DNA from: Eledone cirrhosa | Taxonomy: Eukaryota | Length of the DNA stretch: 64,000 nucleotides | NCBI GenBank assembly: GCA_964016885.1 | Contig: OZ024741.1 | Span: forward strand, 265,112,001-265,176,000 | Reading direction: 5' to 3' | Notes under the pieces: model-generated | What the model was told of the DNA's origin: nothing | Database searches by the model: none | What the model saw: only the letters and a program-made list of their open reading frames with translations | Program-made: the position numbers and the translations under genes | Shown here: positions 1 to 13,639 of the stretch, in pieces | Position numbering within the stretch: the first letter of the stretch is position 1 | Layout: each line of letters starts with the position of its first letter

Positions 1-288
1 ATATTCGACGTGATCCATTAAAATACCTATAAACGTCAATATATAACGTAAAATATAATATAAAAAAAAGAGAGAGCGACTTATGCGAAGGGGCGTCCAA
101 TAGGCCGGCAAATGCGGTATATTGTTATTAATGGTTTAGCAATATTGCCACGAAAAAAGCCATAAAAAAAATCACGGAAGATATTTACAATTCCGCGAAT
201 ATGCAGTGGTTTCCACGAACAATTATTAGTTAGGTCGTAAGGAAAATTCCGCGAATAATCGAAGCCGCGAATGTCGGGGGGTACACTG
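1..288. mobile_element. Tc1/mariner (Tigger/pogo-like) MITE, right part
   Basis: Ends in CGCGAATGTCGGGGGGTACACTG|TA. Internal sequence (AGGGGCGTCCAATAGGCCGG, TTCCGCGAATATGC) is shared with the copy at 53423-53741. Confidence 0.7.
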
Positions 289-311
289 TATGTATAATAT
301 ATATATAGTAC

Positions 312-440
312 GTTATTCCGGGTTGAATCGGAGGTAACCACAGTAAGTAAGGTACTCAATACATTGCAGAGTATAAAAGTTTTAATATAGATGAGATTCT
401 ACAGGACTAGAACTGTTTCATTCTTTAGAAATCATCAGGG
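312..440 (-). mobile_element. Penelope-like terminal fragment with hammerhead-like core
   Basis: Minus strand reads CTGATGA-tttctaaagaat-GAAACAG-ttctagtc-CTGTA. The same family occurs at 17941-18118, 24115-24170, 33005-33150 and 58505-58560. Confidence 0.5.
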
Positions 441-445
441 TTGTA

Positions 446-479
<34 letters not shown>

Positions 480-597
480 TACAACTCTTCACTTTGTGTC
501 TCTAGTTGGTGCCATCTTTTTCTATCATTCCAGTCAGAGCAAATTTCAAGAATCCAGCAATTCTTTTAGCTCTGTGTTGACTTTATAACTACTGCTA

Positions 598-1472
598 TTG
601 TTGTTGTTGTTGTTGTTGTGTTGGTGGTGGTGGTGGTGGTGGTGGTGGTGGTGGTGGTGGTGGTGGTGGTGGTGGTGGTGGTGGTGGTGGTGGTGATGGT
701 CTGTGGTGGTGATGGTCTGTGGTGGTGGTGGTGGTGGTGGTGGTGGTGATGGTGGTGATGGTCTGTGGTGGTGATGGTCTGTGGTGGTGATGGTCTGTGG
801 TGGTGGTGGTGGTGGTGGTGGTGGTCTGTGGTGGTGGTGGTGGTGGTGGTGGTCTGTGGTGGTGGTGGTGGTGGTGGTGGTGGTGGTGATGGTGGTGATG
901 GTCTGTGGTGGTGATGGTCTGTGGTGGTGATGGTCTGTGGTGGTGGTGGTGGTGGTGGTGGTGGTCTGTGGTGGTGGTGGTGGTGGTGGTGGTCTGTGGT
1001 GGTGGTGGTGGTGGTGGTGGTGGTGGTAGTGGTGGTGATGGTGGTGGTGGTCTGTAGTGGTGGTGGTGGTGGTGGTTGTGGTTTGTGGTGCTGGTGGTGG
1101 TGGTAGTGGTGGTGGTGGTTGTGGTGGTGGTGATGGTGGTGGTGGTCTGTAGTGGTGGTGGTGGTGGTGGTTGTGGTTTGTGGTGCTGGTGGTGGTGGTA
1201 GTGGTGGTGGTGGTTGTGGTCTGTGGTGGTGGTGATGGTGGTGGTGGAAGTGGTGGTCGTTGTCGTCGTCGTTGTCGTGGTTATGGTTATTGTGGTGGTG
1301 TTAGTGGTGGCGGTGGTGGTGGTGTTGGTGGTGTTGGTGGTGTTAGTGGTGGTGGTGGGGTGGTAGTGGTGGTGTTGGTGGTGGTGGTGGTGGTGGTGAT
1401 GGTGATGATGATGGTGGTGGTGGTGGTGATTGTAGTGATAGTGATGAGGATTGTGATGACAATGAAGATGGA

Positions 1473-1506
<34 letters not shown>

Positions 1507-1620
1507 GTGAATGTGGTGATGATGATGTTGATGCTGATGATGTTCATGGTGATAGTAATGGTGATGATCGTGATGGTGATGATGATGATGATGACAGTGA
1601 TGATGATGATGATGATGGTT
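598..1620. repeat. (GTT)n/(GGT)n/(GAT)n trinucleotide microsatellite complex
   Basis: Direct inspection. Confidence 0.95.
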
Positions 1621-1845
1621 TTGGTGGCTAAAATGGCACTAACGATTGTGGTGCAAGATGAGGTGGGAGTGAGGGGGGAGGTGAGGGCGGTGTGTACACT
1701 AAACAGTTGGTGATACTGGTGTTGTTGTTGTTAAGAATTAACCATAGGTCAACACTGACCTAGCAGGACTAGGATTAAAGACGTTCCAGAAGTGAACATC
1801 CTGTCATGTTCTGTATCTAGGACACCATTATTCAATATGTCCTTC

Positions 1846-2615
1846 CTCTTTTCTCTTAATTTTAAGACAGTAATATGTGTTTTGAGGGAGATTTGGCTGC
1901 TATTTCTAGCCGGAGTCAAGCATCAATTTTTTATGCACAATACGCCAAGGACCAAGTCTTCCCTCCTTTTCTTAATTTTAAGACAGTAATATGTGTTTTG
2001 AGGGAGATTTGGCTGCTATTTCTAGCTGGAGTCAAGCATCAATTTTTTATGCACAATACGCCAAGGACCAAGTCTTCCCTCCTTTTCTTAATTTTAAGAC
2101 AGTAATATGTGTTTTGAGGGAGATTTGGCTGCTATTTCTAGCTGGAGTCAAGCATCAATTTTTTATGCACAATACGCCAATGACCAAGTCCTCCCTCCTT
2201 TTCTTAATTTTAAGACAGTAATATGTGTTTTGAGGGAGATTTGGCTGCTATTTCTAGCCGGAGTCAAGCATCAATTTTTTATGCACAATACGCCAAGGAC
2301 CAAGTCCTCCCTCCTTTTCTTAATTTTAAGACAGTCATATGTGTTTTGAGGGAGATTTGGCTGCTATTTCTAGCCGGAGTCAAGCATCAATTTTTTATGC
2401 ACAATACGCCAAGGACCAAGTCCTCCCTCCTTTTCTTAATTTTAAGACAGTCATATGTGTTTTGAGGGAGATTTGGCTGCTATTTCTAGCCGGAGTCAAG
2501 CATCAATTTTTTATGCACAATACGCCAAGGACCAAGTCCTCCCTCCTTTTCTTAATTTTAAGACAGTAATATATAATTTGAGGGAGATTTGGTTGCTATT
2601 TCTAGCTGGAGTCAA
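1846..2615. repeat. 116-bp tandem repeat, about 6.5 copies
   Basis: Near-identical units. The ORF starts at 1875, 1991, 2107, 2223, 2339 and 2455 are spaced 116 bp apart. Confidence 0.95.
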
Positions 2616-2949
2616 GTATCTTTTTATTATTATTCTGATGCACAAAACACCAAAGATCAACTAATTAATATGTCCTTCGTTTATGAAACGGTAGCGTTTA
2701 ATGTCAACGAGATTTGACTGTTATTTCTAGCAAGACGAGTGACAGCGTAGTTGCTTATTGGTTGGCATTGTGTAGTTGGTTGATGTCATTGTTGTTGTTG
2801 TTTAACACCAGGACAGCTGTGATGAGGGTTGACCTACAACAGCTGACCTATAACTAAAGACATTCCATTTGTGACCACCTCATCGTTGCCTATATCAGAA
2901 AGAAACTACATTGTCCAAGTGTTTGTTATTTTTTTTTTGTTCTTTAAGA

Positions 2950-3005
<56 letters not shown>

Positions 3006-3099
3006 ATCTGCGGGAGATTTTGGCTGCTCTTTCTAGCAGCTCATGAGACTACGTTAAGGATTGTTTGTTGTGCAGCGAAGAGAAAACAATAACTATGTT

Positions 3100-3249
3100 T
3101 GTGTGCATATATACGTAACTGTATGTGTGTATGTGTAAGCGTATGTGTGTATGTATATGTGCGTGCATATGTATATATCGATATGCGCGTGTGTAAATGT
3201 GTGTATGTGTATATGTGTGTGTGTTTGCGTGTATGTGTGTATGTGTGTA

Positions 3250-3282
<33 letters not shown>

Positions 3283-3379
3283 GTGTGTGTGTGTGTGTAT
3301 GTGTGTGTGTGTGTATGTGTGTGTATGTGTGTGTGTGTGTGCGTGTGTGTATGTGTATGTGTGTGTGTGTGTGTGTGTA

Positions 3380-3411
<32 letters not shown>

Positions 3412-3488
3412 TGTGTGTGTGCGTGTGTGTATGTGTATGTGTGTGTGTGTGTGTGTGTGTATGTGTGTGTGTGTGTATGTGTGTGTAT

Positions 3489-3571
<83 letters not shown>

Positions 3572-3600
3572 TGTGTATGTGTGTGTGTGTGTATGTATGT
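3100..3600. repeat. (TG)n/(TGTA)n microsatellite
   Basis: Direct inspection. Confidence 0.95.
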
Positions 3601-3676
3601 CAGTAAAAGATATTTGTACTAGTATTTGGAGCGATAATTAGAGACTGGTTATATTAATAGAGAAACGAGATCCTTC

Positions 3677-5345
3677 ACATACACATAGCTACATACACAT
3701 ATACATGTATACATACATACAGCTACATACACATATACATGTATACATACATACAGCTACATACACATATATATGTATAGATACATACAGCTACATACAC
3801 ATATACATGTATACATACATACAGCTACATACACATATACATGTATACATACACACAGCTACATACACATATACATGTATACATACATACAGCTACATAC
3901 ACATATACATGTATACATACATACAGCTACATACACATATATATGTATAGATACATACAGCTACATACACATATACATGTATACATACACACAGCTACAT
4001 ACACATATACATGTATACATACACACAGCTACATACACATATACATGTATACATACATACAGCTACATACACATATACATGTATACATACATACAGCTAC
4101 ATACACATATACATGTATACATACATACAGCTACATACACATATACATGTATACATACACACAGCTACATACACATATACATGTATACATACATACAGCT
4201 ACATACACATATACATGTATACATACATACAGCTACATACACATATACATGTATACATACATACAGCTACATACATACACATATACATGTATACATACAT
4301 ACAGCTACATACACATATACATGTATAGATACATACAGCTACATACACATATACATGTATACATACATACAGCTACATACACATATACATGTATAGATAC
4401 ATACAGCTACATACACATATACATGTATACATACATACAGCTACATACACATATACATGTATAGATACATACAGCTACATACACATATACATGTATACAT
4501 ACATACAGCTACATACACATATACATGTATACATACATACAGCTACATACACATATACATGTATACATACATACAGCTACATACATACACATATACATGT
4601 ATACATACATACAGCTACATACACATATATATGTATACATACATACAGCTACATACACATATATATGTATACATACATACAGCTACATACACATATATAT
4701 GTATACATACATACAGCTACATACACATATATATGTATACATACATACATACAGCTACATACACATATACATGTATACATACATACAGCTACATACATAC
4801 ACATATACATGTATACATACAGCTACATACACATATACATGTATACATACATACAGCTACATACACATATACATGTATACATACATACAGCTACATACAC
4901 ATATACATGTATACATACATACAGCTACATACATACACATATACATGTATACATACATACAGCTACATACATACACATATACATGTATACATACACACAG
5001 CTACATAAATATATACATGTATACATACACACAGCTACATACACATATACATGTATACATACACACAGCTACATACACATATACATGTATACATACACAC
5101 AGCTACATACACATATACATGTATACATACACACAGCTACATACACATATACATGTATACATACACACAGCTACATACACATATACATGTATACATACAC
5201 ACAGCTACATACACATATACATGTATACATACACACAGCTACATAAATATATACATGTATACATGTATACAGCTACATATACATATACATGTATACATAC
5301 ATACAGCTACATACACATACACATGTATACATACACATAGCTACA
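3677..5345. repeat. 34-bp minisatellite (CAGCTACATACACATATACATGTATACATACATA), about 48 copies
   Basis: AGCT recurs every 34 bp, with 38-bp variants. Confidence 0.95.
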
Positions 5346-5662
5346 TACACACATATACACCTACACACACACAAAGCGACATACACACACACATATACAT
5401 ATATACATATACATACATACAGCTACATACACACAGATATACATGTATACATACACAGCTACATAACTCACATATACACACACACATACATGTATACATA
5501 CATGCACACAGCTACATACACATATACACATACATATACACATACATGTATACAAACATAGATACACACACATATATAGATGTATACATACATGCACACA
5601 TATATAAATGTAGACATACATACTCACACACATATACATGTATCCATACACACACACACATG

Positions 5663-5718
<56 letters not shown>

Positions 5719-6073
5719 CATATATACATACATACATAGATACATACATACATACATACATACATATAGACATACACACATATATACATATATACATACA
5801 TTATATACATACATACATATATACATATATACATATAGACATACATACATATATACATATAGATATACACACATACATATATATATATACACACACATAT
5901 ACATACATACATACATACATACATACATACATACATACATACATACATACAAACATGCATATATTACAAATTACATATACATATACATACATTATACATA
6001 TACAGAGGGCAAACAGAAGAGTGTGTTAGAGAGCCTTTCTGTGTATGTGTGTGTGTGAGTATGTGTTTGAAAG

Positions 6074-6146
<73 letters not shown>

Positions 6147-6385
6147 ATGTGTGAATATGTATGTGAGTGTGTGTGTGTGTGAATGTGTATGTGTGTGTGT
6201 GTGTGTATGTGTGTGTGTATGTGAATGTGCGTGAGTGTGTGTGTGTGAGTGTGTGTGTGAGTGTGTGTATGTGCGAGTGTGTGTGTGTGTGAATGTGTGT
6301 GTGAGTGTGTGAATGTGTGTGTGTGGGTGTGTGTGTGTGAGTGTGTGAATGTGTGTGGGTGTGTGGGTGAGTGTGTGAGTGTGAG
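5346..6385. repeat. Compound (CA)/(TA)/(TACA)/(TG) microsatellites
   Basis: Direct inspection. Confidence 0.9.
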
Positions 6386-7128
6386 AGTGGTAAGTGGAGG
6401 GGAGAGAAGCCAAGATGTCATTATATATATATGAAAGAGAAAGAAATGAATCTTGTACTTACATCATTCGTTTTATCCGATATTAAGAAGAGGAAAACTA
6501 GAGAGACAGAGCGTCAGAGACGAACCACTTTCGTACTCTTCGTTACTGGAACAATTTCAAAGGCAAACAGGCTAAATAATATATATATAAATATATAGTA
6601 TATATATATATTATATGTGTGTGTATAAATATATAGTATATATATATATTTGTTTTGTTACTGTTTGTTTTCCTGCTGGTATTATAAAGGGGGTACCCTG
6701 CTTTTTAGTTTGGTTAATCCGAACGTGTTTACGATAGCAAGGTGGTAAGCAGTAACGAGTTTCATAAAATCAGGTGGCGAGGGAAAGAAAACCAACCTCA
6801 TCTACTGCTTCCAATATCTCTATCTCTCTCTCTCTCTCTCTGCCTCGCTTTCTTTCTCTCTACCTCTCTCTGTTTGTCTCTGTCTCTGTCTCTCTCACTC
6901 ACTCTCTGTCCCCTCCCCCTCTCTCTCTCTCTGTCTGTCTCTCTCCGTCTCTCTCCCTCTATAGTTTCACTATACACGCTTCTCCTCTATGCAGCCGAAC
7001 TATCATCTGTGTCTGTGTGCAAGAGATAGACTTATTCAAGTACATACGTATAGACTACATGCATGCACACACATACATACACACTAACACTTACATATAT
7101 AATTAGGTATATTTATACATGTATGCAT

Positions 7129-7915
<787 letters not shown>

Positions 7916-7964
7916 TATTATGCACTGCAGTTGTCACCCTCTAACTGGTGTTTATACTACTATA

Positions 7965-8386
7965 GATTGCTGCTGTTGTTGTTGTTGTTGCTGCTGTACT
8001 ATTAAGTGTGTATCTGTTGCCGTTGATGCTGCTGATGTTGCTGCTGCTGATGATGATGATGATGATGTTGCTGCTGCTGCTGCTGGTGTTGTTGTTGCTG
8101 AGCTGCAGTTTTCATGACTGCTAGTACTACTATAATTGCTGCTGTATCAGCTGCTGCTGTTGTTGTTGTTGCTGTTGCTGATGATGATGCTGCTGTTGTT
8201 GCTGCAGTTGCTGCTGTTGTTGCTGCAGTTGCTGCTGCTGTTGCTGCTGTTTTTGATGCTGCTGCTGCTGTTGATTCCATTATATCTACTACAAGCTCTT
8301 AATACTACTACTGCTGCTGCTGCTGCTGCTACTACTACTACTACTACTACAAGCTCTTAATACTACTACTGCTGCTGCTGCTGCTG

Positions 8387-8418
<32 letters not shown>

Positions 8419-8434
8419 GCTGCTGCTTCTTCTG

Positions 8435-8526
<92 letters not shown>

Positions 8527-8730
8527 GCTGCTGCTGCTACTACTACTACTACTAGTGCTGCTGCTGCCGATGCTGCTGCTGCTGCTTCTGCTACTGCTAC
8601 TACTACTACTACTAGTACTACTACTACTGCTGCTGCTTCTGCTACTACTACTACTACTAGTACTACTACTACTGCTGCTGCTTCTGCTACTACTACTGCT
8701 GCTGCTACTACTACTACTACTACTAATAAT
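7965..8730. repeat. (GCT)/(GTT)/(ACT) trinucleotide complex
   Basis: Direct inspection. Confidence 0.95.
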
Positions 8731-8919
8731 AATTGTTTCTACTTTAGGCACAAGGCCAGCAAATACCCAGTGCATTACTGGTACTTTATTTTATCGACCC
8801 CGTAAGGATGAAAGGCAAAGTCAACCTCGGCGGGATTTGAACTCAGATGGTAAAGGGACGTAACTATGCTGGAAAGCATGGCGTCCGACCCTCCACCGAT
8901 ACTGCCAATCCACTACTAC

Positions 8920-8959
<40 letters not shown>

Positions 8960-9057
8960 TGTTTCTACTTTTGGCACAAGGCCAGCAATTACCCAGTGCA
9001 TTACTGGTACTTTATTTTATCGACCCCGTAAGGATGAAAGGCAAAGTTAACCTCGGC
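8730..9057 (-). mobile_element. Two tRNA-derived Nin/Deu-domain SINE copies (full 8730-8911, partial 8957-9057)
   Basis: Minus strand has A-box TGGCAGTATCGG, B-box GAGTTCAAATCC, the Nin/Deu-like core GCCTTTCATCCTTACGGGGTCGATAAAATAAAGTACCAG and an (ATT)n tail. Confidence 0.85.
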
Positions 9058-9232
9058 GTGCTACTACTACTGCTGCTGCTGCTACTACTGTTGCTGCTGC
9101 AGCTATTGTTGCTGCTGCTGCTACTGCTGCTGCTGCTGCTCCAAGAGATTGTGCTGCTCCTATTGTCCTTAATGTTATTGTTATTGATGTTGTTGTTGTT
9201 GTTGTTGTCGTCGTCGTTGTTGTTGTTGTTGC

Positions 9233-9278
<46 letters not shown>

Positions 9279-9501
9279 GCTGTTGTTGTTGCTGCTGTTG
9301 TTGTTGTTGTTGCTGTTGTCGTCGTTGTTGTTACTGTAACCTAGTGAACGTTTTGCATGCAGCTCATGTGACCAAAATTACCCCCCACCCCACCCCCCAC
9401 CCCACATACGACCCGTGCCTCCATTTTACATCCTTCTCACTCTCCTTCTCTCACTCGGTCTCTCACCCTCTCTCTCTTTTTCTTATTCTCTCCCTCTCCC
9501 C

Positions 9502-9537
<36 letters not shown>

Positions 9538-9739
9538 TCTCTCACTTTCTCTCACTCTGTCTTTCGCTATCTCTGGATCTATTTCTCTCTCTCTCCCTCT
9601 CTCTATCTCTGGATCTCCTCCCCCCCCCTCTCTCTCTCTCTCTCTCTTTCGCAGCTGTTGATGGTCAAAGTCATTCACGCCGTGAATGACTTTGACCATC
9701 CCTTCGTTTTCCTTTGGGTAGGGAACTCACAACCACATT

Positions 9740-10470
9740 CTCTACCACCACCACCACCACCACCACCAACAACAACAACACCACCATCGACTACAGTACC
9801 ACCGCCACCACCATCGACAACACTACCAAAACCACCAACACTACCACCACCAACACTACCATCACCACCACCATCGACAATACTACCACCACCCACAACA
9901 CTACCACACTACCAACACTACCAACACCACCACCAGCAACATCAACAACAACAACAATAACAACACCGCCATCGACTACAGTACCACCACCACCCCACCA
10001 TCGACAACACTTCCAACAGCACCACCAGCACCACCACCAACACTACCACAACCCCCACCACCACCACCAACACTACCACAACCCCCCCCCCCCCCCACCA
10101 CCACCACCACCAACACTACCACAACCACCACCACCAACACTACCACAACCCCCACCACCACCACCAACACTACCACAACCACCACCACCACCAAATCTAC
10201 CAACACCACGAACACCACCACCACCACCACCACTACCAACACTACCAACACCACCACCGACAACAACACAAACACCACCACCACCACCACCACCAAATCT
10301 ACCAACACCACGAACACCACCACCACCACCACCACTACCAACACTACCAACACCACCACCGACAACAACACCAACACCACCACCACCACCACCACCAAAT
10401 CTACCAACACCACGAACACCACCACCACCACCACTACCAACACTACCAACACCAACACCGACAACACTAC
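9740..10470. repeat. (CCA)/(CAA) low-complexity tract with a 102-bp higher-order unit (3 copies)
   Basis: CCAAATCTACC recurs at about 10191, 10293 and 10395. Confidence 0.85.
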
Positions 10471-10950
10471 CCCGTAAGGATGAAAGGCAAAGTCAACCAC
10501 GGCGGGGTTTGAACTCAGACCATAAAGGGCCGTAACTATGCTGGAAAGTATGGCGTCCGACTCTCTACCGATACTGCCAATCCAGATACTGCCCCAGATT
10601 CTTTATAATAATGGTTTCTACTTTAGGCACAAGGCCAGCAATTACCAGTGCATTACTGGTACTTTATTTTATCGACCCCGTAAGGATGAAAGGCAAAGTC
10701 AACCTCGGCGGGATTTGAACTCAGATCGTAAAGGGACGTAACTATGCTGGAAAGCATGGCGTCCGACCCTCTACCGAATAATGGTTTCTTATATAGGCAC
10801 AAGGTCCCACTGCATTACTGGTACTTTATTTTATCGACCCCGTAAGGATAAAAGGTAAAGCTAACCTCGGCGGATTTGAACTCAAAACGTAAAGGTACAT
10901 AACTCTATGCTGTAATGCATGGTGTCTGACGCTCTACTGATACTCCCAAT
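10470..10950 (-). mobile_element. Cluster of three tandem Nin/Deu SINE copies
   Basis: Same SINE consensus as 8730-8911. Confidence 0.85.
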
Positions 10951-10952
10951 TT

Positions 10953-11360
10953 ACGTGATTCGTCCTACACGTGACAGCAGTAGTTCAACATAAACTCAGA
11001 GATCAGCAATGCTCGGACACTGGACGAGTACGTGCAAGACTGTTTCATTAGCCTGCATACATCTCGGACAGACCTGACTGGCGGCACTTCCATGCCTATA
11101 GAGTTTATCTCGAACTGGGAATACTCCCCAGTAGCAGTGCTAGGCCAGGGATTTCTGGAAGTTAACTATGAGTCCTGGACCGAAAGTCCTCTTGAAGAGA
11201 ATGGCTAGTTGATTTTCGTCTATGCCCAGAGTTTCCTCAAGAACGTCATCGCTTTTAACCTCTATATAACGCCAAGGTGAAGTCTCCACCGATAGTACTG
11301 TCCGATTGGCTGAAGGTTATGAGCACTTGAACACATTCCAGTTTTCAAGTGACAGGTGTC
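10953..11360 (-). mobile_element. Degenerate Tx1/L1-like LINE ORF2 C-terminal fragment
   Basis: Minus-strand translation with frameshifts gives RTFGPG..NFQKS..PVRDKLYRHGSA..CPRC..ETVLHVLVQCP, matching the ORF2 end at 36700-36950 and 38390-38630. Confidence 0.85.
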
Positions 11361-11393
11361 AACCACTTCATCCAATCAGATGAGTAAACCCCT

Positions 11394-11484
<91 letters not shown>

Positions 11485-11636
11485 ATACTTTGGGAGGGTC
11501 ATGTTGCCAATAAGAAACACACGCACCAGTTGCTTTCACTTCAATTTATTATAAATTAAATTTATAAATTTAGGAATTTAGAAATTTCCGGTTGGTTGGT
11601 TGGTTGGTTCCACAACCAGATGATTGTTCATATATT

Positions 11637-11679
11637 GTCAAAGTTCTTTCGTCACACATTCTGTGACCTCTTCAGTGAC
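11637..11679 (-). ncRNA. Minimal type I hammerhead ribozyme motif
   Basis: GTCA-CTGAAGA-g-GTCACA-gaatg-TGTGAC-GAAA-gaac-TT-TGAC: stem I GTCA/TGAC, 6-bp stem II, reduced stem III. Confidence 0.7.
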
Positions 11680-12029
11680 TGGGGATTCTTTTCTTTGTTT
11701 TTGTGCCTCTCCTTTGTTCTGTCCTACGCCATCTTGTAATTGTAATTGTAATTGTAATTGTAAGTTGTGATGTTGCTGTTCCATTCATTAATGGAACAGC
11801 AACAACAGCAACATCACAACTTACAATTAAGGACAAAATGAAAACACACACACACATAGAACAAACAACCAGCCAGTAACATGTAAATCAACAAATAAAT
11901 AAACAAATATAAACACACACAGACACCCGGATGTAACACATGCGCAAACTAAGCACACAACACACACAAAAACAAGATGGCGTAGGACAGAACAAAGGAG
12001 AGGCACAAAAACAAAGAAAAGAATCCCCA

Positions 12030-12072
12030 GTCACTGAAGAGGTCACAGAATGTGTGACGAAAGAACGTTGAC
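12030..12072 (+). ncRNA. Hammerhead motif, second copy (U16.1 replaced by G, probably inactive)
   Basis: Identical to 11637-11679 except GAAAGAACGTTGAC instead of GAAAGAACTTTGAC. Confidence 0.55.
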
Positions 12073-12269
12073 AATATATGAACAATCATCTGGTTGTGGA
12101 ACCAACCAACCAACCGGAAATTTCTAAATTCCTAAATTTATAATAAATTGAAGTGAAAGCAAGTGGTGCGTGTGTTTCTTATTGGCAACATGACCCTCCC
12201 AAAGTATAACAATATCGGTTTCAAAACACGTTTTCAGATAAAGAATCTTGCTAAACAAATTCAGAAACG

Positions 12270-12337
<68 letters not shown>

Positions 12338-12341
<4 letters not shown>

Positions 12342-12895
12342 TGGCTGCCAACTCGTTTTCGAGTACGGCCACTACCTTATATCCATGTAGGAGAACCCCT
12401 ACCGATGCGCTGAACGAGTGTGACTTTTTAGTCCAGCCAACGACTTGAAAACTCTGGTACAAACGCTACACTTGTGACAATTATTGACACATAGTGCTGG
12501 GCCCATGGTACCATGTGACGACAAGTGCAGAGAGATCTCCAGATATAAAGCAATGCCTGTGCCGTGAAGCTTTTATAGTGAGCAAAGGCACTGCACAAAG
12601 CCAGTCCCACTCTCTTAACCAAGATGATATTTACCAAAAAGAAGAACAAGTCAACATCATTGGATACCATCAGGGTTGCAGGTGTTATATCAGACTTTTC
12701 CTTCTCCTAGAATTCTGCCTTGACAAAGGCTAAGGGGTCATCTCTCCCGGTGATTTTGGATGGCCATTGACTCTTAAGAGCTCCTTTGCCCTTTGACAGG
12801 TTTTGTTTTTAGTCCTGCAGGATGTCCAAAGTCACCCTCCTCACCAAGAAACCTTGGTGGGGTTGCCAGTTTAGTCGCCAACGACACGATCATTA
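12338..12895 (-). mobile_element. Non-autonomous RTE-derived element (5'UTR-like part plus RTE 3' end)
   Basis: The 3' part encodes the C2H2-type CSVCTRVFKSLAGLKSHTRSAHR* typical of RTE/BovB ORF ends. The 5' part has CTAGGAGAAGGAAAA. (TA)n tail. Second copy at 42802-43318. Confidence 0.7.
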
Positions 12896-12948
12896 GACAG
12901 GTATATATATATATACATACATACATACACATATATGTGTGTGTGTGT

Positions 12949-12990
<42 letters not shown>

Positions 12991-13354
12991 GTGTGTGTGT
13001 GTGTGTATGAGAGAGTGTGTGTGTATATGTGTGTGAGTGTGTATGTATGTATGAGTGGATGTGTGTGAGTACGCCTCGATCTGTTTGTGCGCATGTATGT
13101 GTTTGTGTTTTTGTATATGTTTGTATATAATGTGAATGACATTACATTTGACGAAGGCAAAAAACTCAGAAAACCGGATGACACCAAATTTCGGTGTAAG
13201 GATGCATATTTCAATAGCGAACTCCCTCAAATGTCCGTCTCTTTCTCCCAGCATAATTAAACTCCATATGTGTGATGTAAGGACCCGTAACCCTTGGTGG
13301 AGTCGTATGGTGGAGCCCAAGCACTCTATATGTCTGAATACAGCAGATTTCATC

Positions 13355-13384
13355 CGGAGAGAGAGAAGAGAAAGAGAGGGGGGA

Positions 13385-13466
<82 letters not shown>

Positions 13467-13467
13467 A

Positions 13468-13508
<41 letters not shown>

Positions 13509-13635
13509 AAAAGAGAGAGAGAGGGGGAGGGGCAGAGGGGGAGGGGCAGAGAGAGAAGAGGAAGAGAGAGACGGGCAGGGGGAGAGAAGAGAAAGGGAGA
13601 GAGAGGGAGAGGGGGAGAGGGAGTGAGAGAGAAAA
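13355..13635. repeat. (GA)n purine tract
   Basis: Direct inspection. Confidence 0.9.
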
Positions 13636-13639
13636 TCGA

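Larger units (their letters stand above)
11478..12215. mobile_element. Non-coding Penelope-like remnant with inverted terminal arms (11478-11737 and 11971-12215)
   Basis: About 245-bp inverted repeat, each arm carrying a hammerhead core, flanked by (TA)n. Confidence 0.75.

Noticed and set aside
3099-6421. Many overlapping ORFs (CV, YIHT repeats)
   Set aside because: They are translations of microsatellites and the 34-bp minisatellite.
9714-10535. Extensin-like proline-rich ORF
   Set aside because: It is a (CCA)n-derived tract running into a SINE, with no coding context.
11165-11190. Hammerhead-like CTATGAGTCCTGGACCGAAAGTC
   Set aside because: The core lacks the conserved G, and the sequence is the antisense of Tx1 ORF2 codons (RTFGPGLI).
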